Of a stretch of 28,611 bases of DNA, positions 18,735 through 27,094 are shown in pieces (the stretch's first letter is position 1; each line of letters opens with the position of its first letter). The position numbers and the translations under genes were made by a program. Source of the DNA: a bacterium (GTDB taxonomy: Bacteria; Margulisbacteria; Marinamargulisbacteria; SXXA01); NCBI GenBank assembly GCA_010028705.1, contig RHAI01000018.1, positions 1 through 28,611 on the forward strand, read 5' to 3'. The notes under the pieces are model-generated. The model was given only the letters and a program-made list of their open reading frames with translations, was not told where the DNA came from and searched no databases.

Positions 18735-19847
18735 ATGGCTACGTTATTTTCTGTTGAATTTTTTGATCTCTATTTACCGATGAGAGGAACGATTCGTAAT
18801 GTCGGGAATGTGCGTCGTGTGTTGCTACTTAAATGGGCGACCGATTCAGGGACCGTTTGGTCAGAATGTTCATCATTAGACCAACCGGGCTACCACTATG
18901 AAACGATTGATGTCAGCTGGTTTGCTTTGAAACACCTTATTCTGCCCAAAATTTTGGGGCGACGATTTTTTTGTTTGGCGGATGTGTCAACGATTTTAAC
19001 GGGAATTCTTGGCTTTCCGTTTGCCAAAGCGGCCGTGGATGCGGCGGTTGCTATTACGTTAGCTCAAGAAGCCAATCAATCGTTAGCGAGATATTTGGGC
19101 CACCCAGCACCCCAAAATCGTTTGGGAGGGACGATGTCGATGGACGACGTGACACCGACCGCGATGGATCAGGTCGTTGCAATGGGATTTAAACGGGTAA
19201 AGTTAAAAATATCGCGGCTTTTTTCGCTTGAACAGCTTATTGCTATTCGCACCTATTTACCTGAGTCTATCGCGGTAGCGGTTGACGCAAATGGCATATT
19301 CGGTCGGGACGATATCCCAACGTTGAAACAGTTGGAATGGAGTGGCGTTGCGTGGATAGAGCAGCCATTTGAATCCGGTGATTGGGCGGCCAATTGCGAA
19401 TTTCGCAAGGTGTGTGGTATCCCGATCGTGTTGGATGAATCAATTTCCAGTCAATGTGATGTCGCCACGGCCAATACATTCGATGCGGCGGATTCGGTGG
19501 TCATTAAAATCGGGCGTGTTGGCGGTATTAGTGCTACCCTTGGAATGTATACGTTGGCGTCCCAATTGGGAATCAGCGTATCCAGCGGTGGAATGGTAGA
19601 TTCGCCGATCGGATTAGCGACTCGTTTGGCCGTCGCTGGCCACTACCACGAGGACAGAACTGGCGATTGGGCGCCCCCTGAATTTACGTGGGATTGCGAT
19701 GCCCTACATCTATTTCGATTTGATTACGACATCAACCGAATGCCGCTACAAACCGATTCAGTGGGTCTTGGTGTAACTGTCGATTCTGCGCGAATTCACG
19801 ATGTATCGGTTACCCATGAAATTATTTCTGCCGCTGATTTTCGATAG
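18735..19847 (+). CDS. Enolase-superfamily enzyme, o-succinylbenzoate synthase / N-acylamino-acid racemase-like
   Basis: FKRVKLKI (KxK), metal ligands in VDANG, IEQPF and LDES, and catalytic Lys in VIKIGRVGG. No other men genes are nearby and there is no obvious SD. Confidence 0.75.
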   Translation: MATLFSVEFFDLYLPMRGTIRNVGNVRRVLLLKWATDSGTVWSECSSLDQPGYHYETIDVSWFALKHLILPKILGRRFFCLADVSTILTGILGFPFAKAAVDAAVAITLAQEANQSLARYLGHPAPQNRLGGTMSMDDVTPTAMDQVVAMGFKRVKLKISRLFSLEQLIAIRTYLPESIAVAVDANGIFGRDDIPTLKQLEWSGVAWIEQPFESGDWAANCEFRKVCGIPIVLDESISSQCDVATANTFDAADSVVIKIGRVGGISATLGMYTLASQLGISVSSGGMVDSPIGLATRLAVAGHYHEDRTGDWAPPEFTWDCDALHLFRFDYDINRMPLQTDSVGLGVTVDSARIHDVSVTHEIISAADFR

Positions 19848-20162
19848 TAACTTGGACCTGCTGACGCAGGTGCACAATCGCTGCAAACCGGCGAACGGCG
19901 GTGTTATTTCTGGGTCAAAATCCTCGATAGTGGCTTGGTTTCGAAATGCTCCATCTGCCCCATTTTCGCTCTCCTCATGTCGCTCTGCACCACCACGTCG
20001 AGCGAGAAACGGCGCATCTGAATCAGTTGGCACCATCGCTATTTCTGAAAATAAGCCATTTTGGGCCCATAGTGCGCCGCATCGCCTGCGGTGTTTCACT
20101 CCACTGACGATAATTTAGGACGGCGCGCTGACTGAAATATAACGCAGCTATTGGCGAGTCAT

Positions 20163-20213
20163 CCCCATCGAACGACCCTCGAAAATTCGTTCAAGGATGG
20201 GGTGTTTTGTGTT
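20163..20213 (+). terminator. Strong hairpin followed by a T-rich tract (rho-independent terminator candidate) inside an ORF-poor gap
   Basis: CCCCATCGAACG-ACCCTCGAAAATT-CGTTC(AAG)GATGGGG gives 12 bp with a 3-nt bulge, followed by TGTTTTGTGTT. It sits about 315 bp after the enolase-family stop and about 150 bp before the next start. Confidence 0.4.
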
Positions 20214-20363
20214 CAATCTGATGACCCCATGCATCGGTATTTTTTGCATTTCGCATCAGAGATATTTTAGTGTAGTATTTTTACGTGAAAATCCTAATTT
20301 TTAAGCAGTTATTAATTAGCTGACTCAACATATGACCTGTGATGGGTCGGAGGTAATTAAAAA

Positions 20364-21428
20364 ATGAAATCAGTAATTTCCAGAAAAATACTAGCCGTGT
20401 TTGGGTGCCTACTTCCCTTATCAATTCCGATAGCTGCCGCCGATAATCTTGGACTGAACTTAGGGATGCCCCTTTCGTTAAAAGGCGAGCAACATAGTGG
20501 TTTTTTTGCGGCTGGGGAAGCCTCGGTGGCCCTTTCTCCCGTTACTTGGGTCGATGGCAACCTTTCATTCATCAACTTCCAGTCCGTCGCTGGGACCACG
20601 GTAGTGATTGGAATGGGTGCCGTCGTACGTCAGGAAATGCTTTCGTTGTTTGAACGAGTGACACTCGATGGTGTGGTTGGCTTAGAGGGTAATGGTATGA
20701 GTGGGGTCGGCGTTGTCGCTGGCTCAAATTTGAGGACCCAACTTGACTCGGGTGCAGAGGTCCGCGTCGGTATGACGATTAATACCAATGGGGACTTGCT
20801 CGCTAAAATTCAGGTGTCTCGCCCCGTTAACTTGCTGTCGGGAATCTTTAAATCGACAGATTCTGTGATTCGGCCGTCGTCTAAACCCGCAGAAATGGTT
20901 CCATTGGTCGCTGAGAGTACTCCTGTAAAATTGGATGCAAAAGCTGACGTAGCTCCTGAGCCAAAACCCGTCGTTGTCGTCCAGAAACCTGAGGTTAAGG
21001 CCTCCCCAGTTCAGGCCCTTACGGTGGTTACGTACAAAGATATTGCTGGCCACTGGGCGAAAGCGGACATTGAATGGATCGCGGGGAGAGGGATTACCGG
21101 GCAATCTGATAAATTTAACCCGAATTCGGCATTGAATAAGTTTGCAGCGGAGTCGATTACCCGGCGGTCGGCATCGTTCTTAGGAGTCACTTTGAATGAC
21201 GTTCAGGTTGCCGGTTTTGGAACGGTTGTGACTAAAAAAGATTTAGCTAACATGATTTTAAAAGTGGTGCTTATTGCTAGAGGAGCAACGATAAATGACC
21301 AAAATATTGACGCATTGAAAACCGAGTTTTCGGTGTCCAAATCCTGGTCAGAGGATTCTGATAAGTCAGTAACACGCGCTGAGGCTGCCGTAATTGTATC
21401 GAAGTTACTTCAGGCGGCAAGTAAATAG
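20364..21428 (+). CDS. Secreted protein with N-terminal Gly-rich beta domain, Pro/Lys/Val linker and C-terminal SLH (S-layer homology) domain
   Basis: GGAGG lies 10 nt upstream. The signal peptide is MKSVISRKILAVFGCLLPLSIPIAAA. The SLH signature is YKDIAGHWAKADIEWIAGRGITGQSDKFNPNS (about nt 21030-21158), with a terminal VTRAEAAVIVSKLL. Confidence 0.65.
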   Translation: MKSVISRKILAVFGCLLPLSIPIAAADNLGLNLGMPLSLKGEQHSGFFAAGEASVALSPVTWVDGNLSFINFQSVAGTTVVIGMGAVVRQEMLSLFERVTLDGVVGLEGNGMSGVGVVAGSNLRTQLDSGAEVRVGMTINTNGDLLAKIQVSRPVNLLSGIFKSTDSVIRPSSKPAEMVPLVAESTPVKLDAKADVAPEPKPVVVVQKPEVKASPVQALTVVTYKDIAGHWAKADIEWIAGRGITGQSDKFNPNSALNKFAAESITRRSASFLGVTLNDVQVAGFGTVVTKKDLANMILKVVLIARGATINDQNIDALKTEFSVSKSWSEDSDKSVTRAEAAVIVSKLLQAASK

Positions 21429-21431
21429 CGG

Positions 21432-22007
21432 ATGCCTCGGTTAGGGGACAAGGTATCGATTGTTTATTGGCTTTTACTTGGGGTCACCGTGTTATGCGTC
21501 CCTCTCCCAGTTGTTTGTCGGGAAAAATCTGATGTATCCGGTACGATGAATATTAATATCTCCGCTGATTCGTTTGAGGTTGACGCTCGAGATAATACCT
21601 TGCTGGCCGCGGGGAATGTCGTGGTTCAACATCGCGACGTCACACTTGCCGGGTCCCGTGCCATTTATTTTAAAACGCTCCAGAAAGTAATTATTACTGG
21701 GAATGTGACAGTCAAACGGCAAGCGATGACCATGGCATGTGATACCGTAACATCCCTGGTGTTAGAGGATAAAATTGAAGTATCCGGTAACGTACAATTT
21801 ATGTCGGGAGATATTCATGGAACCGCGGGATTAGGAGTGTATGACCATAAAACGCAAATTATTCGATTGTCCGGGAATCCGAAAGTATGGCAGAATCGTG
21901 ATGAATTGATTGGTAAGTTGATAACGGTTGATTTTCGTCACCGTAAAGTCGTGACGAATGGTGGGGCGCGAGCTGTTTTTTCAGCCGATAAATTTTCGAG
22001 TAGGTGA
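21432..22007 (+). CDS. LptA/OstA-like periplasmic protein
   Basis: Signal peptide followed by repeated OstA-type beta-jellyroll strands (ISADSFEVD..., LAGSRAIYF..., GNVTVKR..., LSGNPKVWQ...). Confidence 0.65.
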   Translation: MPRLGDKVSIVYWLLLGVTVLCVPLPVVCREKSDVSGTMNINISADSFEVDARDNTLLAAGNVVVQHRDVTLAGSRAIYFKTLQKVIITGNVTVKRQAMTMACDTVTSLVLEDKIEVSGNVQFMSGDIHGTAGLGVYDHKTQIIRLSGNPKVWQNRDELIGKLITVDFRHRKVVTNGGARAVFSADKFSSR

Positions 22008-22010
22008 CGG

Positions 22011-22988
22011 ATGATATCTGAGACGTTAGTCGAACGAGAAAAATATAAGCCCCGAAACTATGAAGACTTTGATCTTATTGTGATTGGTGCTGGACCAGGC
22101 GGCATGTCAGCCGCTCTTTGCGCGTGCCGCGCGAAATTGAAAACATTAATTATTGAACGAGCGGTACCTGGTGGTCAGGCGTCTACGGCCTACATTGTCG
22201 ATAATCTCCTCGGGTTCCCTGGGGGCGTATTGGGAGATACCATTGGACGCCGAATGGAGGAACACCTTGAGGGGCATGGGTGTTATGTGTCGTTTGAGAC
22301 TGTCGAGGATATCGAAAGTATTTCCGATCGGGAAAAAGCCGTTCGAACCAATATGGGGCACACTTATAAAGCAAAGGCCATTATTATTTCCGTCGGACTT
22401 GAACCTCAAAAATTAGATCAACCGTTTGAGTCAAAATTTTTGGGCCGGGGGATTTCGTACTATGCCCAAGGTGATGCCAGTTTTTACCAGGGTAAGGATG
22501 TGGCTGTGATTGGAGGTGGGAACTGCGCTTGCTATGCCGCCGAATACCTTTCTCAGTTTGTCAACCAACTCTATCTTATCCATCAGTCGGATTCGATTAA
22601 GGCTGTCCGTGCGTTAAAAGAAAAGATAGTTCATAATCCAAAGATACAAATTGTGTGGGATTCCAAGCTTGTAGACGTGTTTGGAATTGATAAAGTAGAA
22701 AAAGTAAAAATTCAAAATAGTATAACAGATCAACACACGTGGATTGATGTCAAAGGTGTTTTTGTTTATACGGGACGAATTCCTCCCCGTGAAATCTTAA
22801 ATCTCAATTTGGAATCGGATGCAAAGGGGTTTATTATTACTGACGAATATATGCGGACCAATTTGCAAGGAATATATGCAGTTGGTGATATCCGGTCAAA
22901 GCAAGTGAGACAGATAGCCACCGCTGTCTCTGATGGGATGATTGCGGCCGTCAATGTAGAGAGAGACCTACAACGAATTAACAAATGA
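22011..22988 (+). CDS. Thioredoxin-reductase-fold FAD oxidoreductase lacking the CxxC redox centre and the HRR NADPH motif
   Basis: It aligns end to end with TrxB, sharing VIGAGPGG, PGGQ, VIGGGN, GVFVYTG, YAVGD and the RQIATAVSDGMIAA tail. However, SACATCDG reads SYYAQGDA (nt 22461-22472) and HRRDxFRA reads HQSDSIKA. Confidence 0.8.
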   Translation: MISETLVEREKYKPRNYEDFDLIVIGAGPGGMSAALCACRAKLKTLIIERAVPGGQASTAYIVDNLLGFPGGVLGDTIGRRMEEHLEGHGCYVSFETVEDIESISDREKAVRTNMGHTYKAKAIIISVGLEPQKLDQPFESKFLGRGISYYAQGDASFYQGKDVAVIGGGNCACYAAEYLSQFVNQLYLIHQSDSIKAVRALKEKIVHNPKIQIVWDSKLVDVFGIDKVEKVKIQNSITDQHTWIDVKGVFVYTGRIPPREILNLNLESDAKGFIITDEYMRTNLQGIYAVGDIRSKQVRQIATAVSDGMIAAVNVERDLQRINK

Positions 22989-23797
22989 AAAAACCAAAAT
23001 TAATTGTTTTACAGTTTCCAGGATCCAATTGTGAATATGAAACCCATCGAGCGGCTAGTTATTACGGCTTCGAATCTCGAATCGTGCGTTGGAATTCCCT
23101 TGATGAGATTGATGATGCCAATGCCATTATTTTGCCCGGCGGATTTAGTTATCAGGATCGTGTTCGGTCCGGAGCCATTTCTTCAAAATTGCCGATCTTG
23201 AAAAAAATTATCATGAAGGCGTCTTCCGGTGTTCCAGTGTTGGGAATTTGCAATGGGTGCCAGATTTTAGCTGAAGCGGGGTTAATTGCCGGTGTGAATA
23301 AAGGTCAGGTCGAGATTGGAATGGCACCGAATACGCGGGACGGACTTCCGGTCGGATTCATTTGTGACTGGAAGTACCTAGTGGTTAAAAACCCGAAACG
23401 AAGCGTGTTTACTCAGTATTACGACGAAAATGAAGTCCTTCCTATTCCAGTCAATCACGGCGAAGGACGCTTTGTGGTTTCTAAAAGTGTATCGAATGAG
23501 CTCATTAACTTAGCATCGTTTAGGTATTCTGATCATCAGGGTGTTGAATCTACGAGTTTTCCAATCAATCACAATGGCGCGTCGTATGGATTAGCGGCTA
23601 TTTCAAATGTCGACGGCAACGTGATGGGTATGATGCCTCATCCGGAGCGGGCAGCGCGACTTCGTCAGATACCTGTTTCCATTTCTGGTGAATGGCGTGA
23701 AAAGAAACGCCAGTTGCTGTCCGGTGGATCCGATGGGGTTGGACCGAGCGAAAAATTGTTTGTTGGTATGCGTGATGCGGCGAGGGAGACTCAATAA
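22985..23797 (+). CDS. purQ: Phosphoribosylformylglycinamidine synthase glutaminase subunit PurQ
   Basis: FPGSNCE, nucleophile elbow GICNGCQIL and MMPHPER. There is an ATGA overlap with the upstream gene. It carries a ~40-aa C-terminal extension. Confidence 0.9.
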   Translation: MKKPKLIVLQFPGSNCEYETHRAASYYGFESRIVRWNSLDEIDDANAIILPGGFSYQDRVRSGAISSKLPILKKIIMKASSGVPVLGICNGCQILAEAGLIAGVNKGQVEIGMAPNTRDGLPVGFICDWKYLVVKNPKRSVFTQYYDENEVLPIPVNHGEGRFVVSKSVSNELINLASFRYSDHQGVESTSFPINHNGASYGLAAISNVDGNVMGMMPHPERAARLRQIPVSISGEWREKKRQLLSGGSDGVGPSEKLFVGMRDAARETQ

Positions 23798-24312
23798 TGA
23801 GCCATGTTATTAATGTGTTTATATCGCTTCAACAAACAGATTTGCATTGTGTATCCGCGCTGGAGGCGTTGCGGTATTCGATTGGGTTTACGGAACTTAC
23901 TCAGTTACGCCGGTTGAGAAAAATTTCTTTTATGGTCGATGTCGATAATAAACCTGGTGCCATTGACTGTGTAAAACGGTGCGTAAATGAATCGTTTGAT
24001 TTAGTTAACCCTAATAAAGAGACGGTTTATTTTGACGAGTTGCCGGAGTTACCAGGAACCGGTTGGTATGGGATTCAAGTGACGGCAAATGAGGCCCCCT
24101 TACGTTCGGTAAGCTCTCTATCATTTGCATCCCATCCCAAAATCATCTCGGCCGAACAGGGGTTGCAGTGGCTATTGAAAATTGACTCGAGCGATTCCAG
24201 CGAACAAGTAATGACTAAAATTGATACTTTTTGTGGACCGACTACTTCCGTGAACCGGGGACTACTAGTCAATAGCTTATTTGAGACGTATTTGATTCAA
24301 TCCATTTCTTAG
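23797..24312 (+). CDS. purS: PurS-like protein, about twice normal length (possible tandem PurS fusion)
   Basis: The TAATG junction links it to purQ. The N-terminal half VFISLQQ...ALEALRYSIGFTELTQLRRLRKISF...LVNPNKE resembles the ~84-aa PurS. The second half ends LLVNSLFETYLI, echoing the PurS C-terminal motif. Confidence 0.55.
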   Translation: MSHVINVFISLQQTDLHCVSALEALRYSIGFTELTQLRRLRKISFMVDVDNKPGAIDCVKRCVNESFDLVNPNKETVYFDELPELPGTGWYGIQVTANEAPLRSVSSLSFASHPKIISAEQGLQWLLKIDSSDSSEQVMTKIDTFCGPTTSVNRGLLVNSLFETYLIQSIS

Positions 24313-24314
24313 TT

Positions 24315-25184
24315 GTGGATTTAAGTATAATTATTGTTAATTACAATGGTGCTAATTTTCTCGATGAGTGTATCAGGTCAATATTTTTGACGGAGCCTCA
24401 AGTTTCCTTCGAGGTCATTGTAATTGACAACGCCTCCCAAGATAATTCTGTCGCCATTCTGGAGAATCTGCCTCACCCTATTCGGATCATCAAAAATAAT
24501 GAAAATATTGGATTTGCCGCTGCTAATAATCAAGGGGCTCGTGAGGCGATCGGGCTCCGGTTATTTCTGCTTAATAATGACACGGTTGTGACACCGGATG
24601 CTATTGACCGATTAATTGAATATTTTGATTCAACCCCAGACCTAGGTGTTGTTTCTCCGATGTTATTAAATGCGGATGGGTCGGTTCAAGGGCACGGGAG
24701 CGGACTATTAACCTGGTTGTACAGGACCTCTACCCCACGTTTTGTCGCTTTTGTTACCGGTGCGGCGATGATGATTCGTGCGAGCGTTTACGCCGAGGTC
24801 GGCGGGTTTGATGAAGCCTATTTTTTTTATAATGAAGATGTCGATTTGTGCAAAACCTTAAGGAAACGTGGCTATAAAATTGCCTATTGCCCGGATGCAA
24901 AAATATTTCATTTTGGGGGTCTATCAACATCCACTCGAAAGGCGGCATCGGTCATTGAAGGCTACCGTGGGGGCTTATATCTTTGCCAGAAACACTATGG
25001 TCCGCTGGTATATGCAATCTATTCAAAGGCGGTCTTACTTGATGTCATAGCACGATGGATGGTTTGTGTGATAAAGGGCATATGGAATCCATCATTTCAG
25101 ACCCTGGCCGCGGCATATGTCGAAATAATGGGTATTGCACGACGAGGTGAGATCACAAGACGGAGGCATTTTCATGCTGGGTAA
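24315..25184 (+). CDS. Family 2 glycosyltransferase
   Basis: GTG start. LSIIIVNYNG...VIVIDNASQDNS...GFAAANNQG...FLLNNDT is the classic GT-A/GT2 N-terminal domain. Confidence 0.85.
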   Translation: MDLSIIIVNYNGANFLDECIRSIFLTEPQVSFEVIVIDNASQDNSVAILENLPHPIRIIKNNENIGFAAANNQGAREAIGLRLFLLNNDTVVTPDAIDRLIEYFDSTPDLGVVSPMLLNADGSVQGHGSGLLTWLYRTSTPRFVAFVTGAAMMIRASVYAEVGGFDEAYFFYNEDVDLCKTLRKRGYKIAYCPDAKIFHFGGLSTSTRKAASVIEGYRGGLYLCQKHYGPLVYAIYSKAVLLDVIARWMVCVIKGIWNPSFQTLAAAYVEIMGIARRGEITRRRHFHAG

Positions 25185-25812
25185 AAAATTAAAACGAGCA
25201 TGCATCGGTATTATTGTCCTGTTAATGGTCACCATTTGTCCGGTCGATGCCAAAGTGTATCAGGTGTCACCCGAGCTCCTAAAAGAAGTCAAACAAAACA
25301 GGGCCGTATTTAAATCTAATCCTTCTGCGGAGTCCGCATTTGAGCTAGCGATGAGTTATGCATATACCGGACAAATTGAAAAAGGGTGGGATATATTAAA
25401 AAAAGTGCCCACATACGATAAAGATTATGCCCCGAAAGTGATCGAGAAGTATTTGAAATTATCAAAGGATGACCCAAACGAATGGAAATATCAATTTAAG
25501 CTCGCTTTTGGGTATTATTTTTTGGATAAAAAAGACGCTTCATTAGAGTGTTTCAGGAGGGTGACTAGCATCGATCCAAAGAACGTGTGGGCCAAGGGAT
25601 TTATTGCATTACTTTTAGGTGATTTGGGCAGACTTGATGAGGCGGTTGTGGTGGCAAAGCAGGCGGTTCAAATGGAGCCGAACGCGGCTGCACTTCACTT
25701 TTTGTTAGGTGCGGGGTATTTAAAACAGGGCAATTATTGGGGGCTTGCTCAAGAAACAGTGACGGTGGGTCGGTTAAAAGCACAGGAAGCGGTCGTGTAT
25801 GGCGATTATTAA
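25174..25812 (+). CDS. Secreted tetratricopeptide-repeat protein
   Basis: ATG at 25174 sits 7 nt after GGAGG. The signal peptide is MLGKKLKRACIGIIVLLMVTICPVDA. TPR-like helical repeats follow (AFELAMSYAYTGQIEKG..., ALHFLLGAGYLKQGNY). Confidence 0.7.
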   Translation: MLGKKLKRACIGIIVLLMVTICPVDAKVYQVSPELLKEVKQNRAVFKSNPSAESAFELAMSYAYTGQIEKGWDILKKVPTYDKDYAPKVIEKYLKLSKDDPNEWKYQFKLAFGYYFLDKKDASLECFRRVTSIDPKNVWAKGFIALLLGDLGRLDEAVVVAKQAVQMEPNAAALHFLLGAGYLKQGNYWGLAQETVTVGRLKAQEAVVYGDY

Positions 25813-26359
25813 CAAAAACAAGCTATTTTTGTTTGCAATTGTGATCGCTTTTGTAGCGCTTAGTATATTTTCATTTATGAGCCCGAAATTGATGTTGATT
25901 TCTGAAAAGCGACCCAATCGACCAGCGTTTGAATTTCGGGACGTTCATATTCAGCAATATAATTTGGATCACGTCGACTATGTTGTTACTTCGTCTGTCG
26001 CGACAATCGATCCAGCAACGAATAAGGTAAGCTTATCTCAAGTTCAGGCTCAATTTTTCCCCCGTTCCGGGAGTCTGATGACTGTACAATCTCCACAAGC
26101 CACAATATCCTTCGATGGTAAAAGTATGCATTTAGTAAATGCAGTTATTTCCCTTAGTAGTTTTTCAGGTTTAACGACGATATCGGCGAAAATCTTTGAA
26201 TGGGATACTGAAGTTGGCGATTTTCGATGTCGCCAGGGCGTTGTGCTTCGAATGCCAAATTATATTATTGAAGGTGATGAACTGGCTGGGACCTTGCCCC
26301 TAGCCAAAGTTCGAATAAATGGTCGAGTCAAAGCGGAGATAACTAATGCAACCATCTAA
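25799..26359 (+). CDS. LptC-like membrane-anchored protein (tentative)
   Basis: Single N-terminal TM (LFLFAIVIAFVALSIFSF) followed by a ~150-aa beta-rich periplasmic domain of LptC size and architecture. It overlaps both neighbours by 14 nt each. Confidence 0.45.
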   Translation: MAIINKNKLFLFAIVIAFVALSIFSFMSPKLMLISEKRPNRPAFEFRDVHIQQYNLDHVDYVVTSSVATIDPATNKVSLSQVQAQFFPRSGSLMTVQSPQATISFDGKSMHLVNAVISLSSFSGLTTISAKIFEWDTEVGDFRCRQGVVLRMPNYIIEGDELAGTLPLAKVRINGRVKAEITNATI

Positions 26360-27077
26360 AAAAACAAGTATACGTTTGGAGGAGTTTGTTACAGCTCAGC
26401 TAAGTCAGTCGAGGCGAGAGGTCGTGGATTTAATTATCACTGGGAAGGTAAATGTCAATGGAAATCCGGTGCGTGATATATCATCGATGATTGATTCAGA
26501 TCGCGACGTAGTGCATGTTGATGGGGAGCGGCTGATGAATAATTTGGTGTACCATTATTACAAATTTCATAAACCAGCAGGCGTTATTTCGACATTGGAT
26601 GATCCGAATGGCAGGAATTGTTTAAAAGATTTTATGAATAACGTTCCGCAGTCTTTGGCTCCCGTGGGACGGCTTGATCGAGATTCTGAGGGTGTGATGA
26701 TATTCACCAATAATGGTCAGTTGGCGCTTGCAATGTCACACCCACGGTATGAGGTTCAAAAACAATATCGTGTGACTCTAGATAAAAAATTATCCCAACC
26801 CCATTTCGATCGCCTGACGTCGGGATGTTTTTTGGACGATGGTCCGATTGTATTTGATCAGGTCGATTGGGTATCTGATGTGACCGTACTTGTAAAAATA
26901 AGTGAGGGGAGAAATAGAGTAATTCGTCGAACATTTGAATTGTTCGGATACCGTGTAAAAAAACTATTGCGGTTATCGATGGGGCCAATCCAGTTAGGTA
27001 AATTAGGTGCGGGGAAATTTGCTAAGCTTACATCCGGAGAGCTCCGGCAACTTGATCAAATTATTAAACTTCGATAA
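26346..27077 (+). CDS. Pseudouridine synthase, RsuA/RluB/RluF family, with N-terminal S4 domain
   Basis: S4-like N-terminus and the catalytic motif GRLDRDSEGVMIFTNNG, followed by RYEVQKQYRV. Confidence 0.9.
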   Translation: MQPSKKTSIRLEEFVTAQLSQSRREVVDLIITGKVNVNGNPVRDISSMIDSDRDVVHVDGERLMNNLVYHYYKFHKPAGVISTLDDPNGRNCLKDFMNNVPQSLAPVGRLDRDSEGVMIFTNNGQLALAMSHPRYEVQKQYRVTLDKKLSQPHFDRLTSGCFLDDGPIVFDQVDWVSDVTVLVKISEGRNRVIRRTFELFGYRVKKLLRLSMGPIQLGKLGAGKFAKLTSGELRQLDQIIKLR

Positions 27078-27094
27078 CCTAATAAACATATTTT

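Noticed and set aside
19758-20118. Track ORFs 19758..20099 (minus, 113 aa) and 19801..20118 (plus, 105 aa) as real genes
   Set aside because: They overlap each other and the 3' end of the enolase-family gene. They have non-ATG starts without SD and compositionally odd translations. They are better explained by locally GC-rich, stop-poor sequence or by gene decay.
19861-20160. Riboswitch look-alikes: GCAAACCGGCGAACGG (c-di-GMP-I-like), GGAGAG...on the minus strand (glycine-like), GCGATGGTGCC on the minus strand (fluoride-like)
   Set aside because: In each case only a short fragment matches. The remaining conserved cores (GACGCAAAGC; CACCGAAGGGGCAA; closing P1 plus GGCUGAUG) are absent.
20163-20202. 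Selenocysteine (SECIS) interpretation of the in-frame TGA embedded in the hairpin on the minus strand
   Set aside because: The TGA lies inside the stem rather than upstream of an apical SECIS loop. There is no Cys/Sec redox motif around HP-TGA-TN, no RBS before the ATG at 20256, and no sel genes visible. TGA is used as an ordinary stop elsewhere in the window (efp, the TrxR-like gene). It would only be worth revisiting if selA/selB/selD exist in the genome.
20220-20330. Small plus-strand ORFs in the SLH-gene leader (ATG at 20198 directly abutting AAGG; ATG at 20221)
   Set aside because: There is no usable SD spacing, the peptides are hydrophobic and low-complexity, and they lie in a region that looks like promoter or leader sequence.
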